Source of the DNA: Iphione sp. A-MEVVRFRX5
Lineage: Eukaryota
DNA: 64,000 bases
Assembly: GCA_976226885.1 (NCBI GenBank)
Contig: OZ320316.1
Location: forward strand, 97,402,001-97,466,000
Direction of reading: 5' to 3'
Shown: piece by piece, positions 60,981 through 64,000 of the stretch
How the letters are laid out: the number at the start of each line of letters is the position of its first letter
How positions within the stretch are numbered: the stretch's first letter is position 1
Position numbers and translations under genes: made by a program
Notes under the pieces: generated by a model
The model's input: the letters and a program-made list of their open reading frames with translations, nothing else
The model's database searches: none
Told to the model about the DNA's origin: nothing

Positions 60981-63766
60981 CTGACACATCTTCAATCTTC
61001 ACCAGATGTCACTCATATCAACTGCCCATTGGCCATGCAGGGCGCTGTGATGGAGAACAAGAACGACAATGAAAGTGTCTTTTTTGTCTGCGAGAAGCAC
61101 GCATGCCATCAGTGAAACAAGCCATATTTACATCAGATTTCCTCTCATGGAACTTGTAAGGGTGAAATTTCTATTTAAAAAAAAAGATGAATTCCTGTAA
61201 TCTCACCGTGATACAAAGAAAGGAAACCAATGCACGTTTTATACGTAATGTAAAAGCTGTGTCCGCAAAATCGACCTTAGAGATGTGGCTGAGTAGGAAT
61301 ACTAATCCTACTACTCTTAGAAGTCCACATACGTTGTGATTATGTCTTTCACGTAAAACTGCAGAAGGCAGAGATGGCCACGAACTCCACTCCACGTTTA
61401 TTCTGCAGGCCTCGTATCTACCTGACTTCAAACTACGGGGCCCCGATACTGTTATCCTGCTGCATGCACAAATCCCTATAACTACTGCACACAATAGTAT
61501 GATACAGGGGGCCACAACAGTTAGGCGTCACCAGCTTTGTGATACGGGGCAGGTCATGTCTAACCTGACTACTGGAAATATGTTCTTATCCAGACGTGGG
61601 GGAGGGCTCTTCTATGTTGTAGGGGCGACCGACTTCTGGTCCTTAATACTGGAGAACATTATACTCTGGGCAGGTATTAATCTACCTGGTGATTTACTAC
61701 CCAGCTATAACTATTTGTTTAAAAGTGCTGAGAATGGAACTCCTTAGGCAGACAAGATGAAACATGGAGTTCTGAAGTACTGTTTAACTTCCATAGTCCT
61801 GCTGTATTAAGTCAGCTGATGTTTACCGATACTCTTTCAAGCTAGAAAGCATAGTCAGAAGCACTGGGTTTCCACACATAGGTCAAAACTGAAAGAGATG
61901 GCCAAGGTCATTCTAAGGTCACGAATAATGACGGGAAGATCAGCCTGTTGGGACGGGGTGGGTAGCAGTGCACTAGCTCGGGCAATATGGTACCCGTTCA
62001 AACAGCAGGGTACCAGTTCAACCATTGTTACCATTAGGGGACCAGCCGTCCGACCAGGGGACCCGTCCGCTCACCCTGGGACCTGTCATTACAGCATTGT
62101 AATGCTGCATGTAAATGACAATTACTTCGGTGAAATATCTCGGGTCCTTTTACCGATATTGACCTGTCAGCGCTGAAATACGTGCTAGAAGATCACTGAA
62201 GAACTGACTCATCACTGAGGGCTCCTCCATTCCACTTAGTTCAACAATGCCTACTTGTACTTTTCATGGGGGCGGGGTCGGTAAGGGGCTATTCATATGT
62301 ACATGTATGAAAAACGGATGAAAAACATATCTATACATCCAGAGATGTTGAATACCTCCTGCTGTGTGTATTTTAAGGGCTTCCTTATGTTAAGCTGATT
62401 TCTACACGGATTTTAAGCTGGTTTCTACACTGTTGTGCCTATGGAGTATCCATGGATCCACAGCCATAGAAAATCCGTCCATGTTAGTGAAATATGTTTA
62501 GAGATCCGTAGACCTAGAAAAATCTGGATGGAGCTACATGTGAATGATTAACTTGATTACTATAGAAAGGGTAAAAATCCATGGCTACGGATCCGTAGAT
62601 GGACAAACAATACGTGCACATGTAAATAGCACTTTAATCGGCATCCCCAAAACTCACCCTGCCTCTCCCTGGCTGCATTGGCAATCAGACTGTGCCAGTA
62701 TGAAAATAAACGCCTTAACTGAACCCTCTGAACATGCAACTGATACAAGAGGCCCACCTCTTAAATATTATCATAAAAACATAGACTAGGTGTAAGTTTG
62801 TATGGACTCAATTCCTGATTAAAACAAGTGACTTTGAATGACATTTTGGGGTTCTTCAACAGTTGTATGCTGGTATCCTGACAAGTAAATATCACAGAGC
62901 AGGACTAGGTGACTGTTTTGTTCAAGGACCTGTTTCCTACCTACAGAGCTATGCCTTCACAAGACGGCATGATAGAAAACAACAGCATTCATGTAAAGTG
63001 TGAAATAGGTAGTATATTATTGCAATCATAAACTTTTATATGTATGTGTCAAAAAAGAGCATTCATCCCATGTGACTGAAGAATAGCACCAACCACCGTT
63101 TATTGTTAAAACCATTCTGGCTAATAAATATTACACAAGAACACCTTTCAGTATAAGCCAGAGCTTTGTTTCTCATTACTTGTCACATCCGACTATTCAT
63201 GAAGTTCTTATGCTAGGCTACCGTGAATGTGGCTTAGTGAGTTACACCATAGTAAACATAAGCACGATCAAGTGTGCCGATAGCTTTACAGTTATACCTT
63301 TATTAATGAAGCTTCTGGGATAGGAGCTACTTTGCAACGACGTTGGTTGTGTGGTCAAATTTTTGGCCTGAGACCACTTTTACCTTTTTTTCTCATTAGA
63401 ATGAGCTAAAAACAAAGGAAACAACTCCAGATATACAATTTTACAAATCACAAATAAGCAATAGAATTGATATTAAGTAAAAAGCATTGAAAATTCATAT
63501 GAAAATGATTTGCCTCTGAAAATAAAGCTTCCCATAATGAAGCTATTTCAAAGATCACGTCTGCTTCTTCAACAAAGGGTTCACCTGCATTACATATTAC
63601 ATAGGTATATGACAAGCCAGTCAATAGGCTGGAGAAGAGCTTTAGTAGAGACCAAGGTACACAAGGTTGTAATAGGGTTCTTTACCCGTGTTGCCTGAGG
63701 CTTTGGCAAGTTTGCAAGCATCAACGGCCTTGATCCAGGCCAATACAGATGATACGTACATATAAA

Positions 63767-63787
63767 TAGATAGATAGATGGATGGAT

Positions 63788-63822
<35 letters not shown>

Positions 63823-63835
63823 CGATAGATAGATA
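63767..63835. repeat. (GATA)n microsatellite with GATG interruptions
   Basis: Direct reading of the sequence. Confidence 0.95.
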
Positions 63836-64000
63836 GGCAGAAATATGTATATACATGTATATGCATGGATTTTTCATGTTAACATTAAATGGACTCTGAA
63901 GTACACAGGTGCAAGGGCCATGTATGATGGATTTGCCAGTATCTGGTGTAGTTTTAGGAGAAAAATAAACAAGTCTGTCCTAAATAGGGGCCGTCCAATG

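Noticed and set aside
61171-61515. 114-aa ORF with a signal-peptide-like start (MAPCIILLCAVVIGICACS)
   Set aside because: No recognisable domain, no splice or promoter support; length is within chance.
366-63877. Most ORFs in the supplied track (SLSLSL, THTHTH, CVCVCV, ERERER, poly-Ile, and ORFs spanning X runs)
   Set aside because: They are translations of microsatellites, purine/pyrimidine tracts or N-gaps, with no splice support and no recognisable domains.

Overview
Eukaryotic, intron-rich genomic DNA with 12 N-gaps of 131-199 nt. The best guess is an invertebrate deuterostome such as a lancelet, inferred only from composition and abundant TACATGTA. The main feature is the 5' part of a minus-strand otopetrin-family (OTOP) proton-channel gene. 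Seven coding exons between 47531 and 3461 have compatible splice phases wherever both ends are visible; the exon 5 donor is hidden in a gap. They encode a ~385-405 aa low-complexity N-terminus (heptad repeats, acidic helix, 16-His tract), TM1-TM5 and the start of the extracellular 5-6 loop; the gene continues off the left edge. The introns hold several MITEs (one nested in another), minisatellites, microsatellites and long purine/pyrimidine tracts. The most notable non-coding items are: (1) a complete minimal type I hammerhead ribozyme of the Penelope/retrozyme, dimer-dependent type, in a 123-bp insert flanked by a 12-bp direct repeat (55777-55923); (2) three perfect ROR/Rev-erb elements in 66 bp next to an E-box (56803-56945); (3) three full RFX X-boxes; (4) a divergent cluster of CTCF-like motifs. 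Almost all ORFs in the supplied track are artefacts of low-complexity sequence. All calls were made by eye, without database searches.
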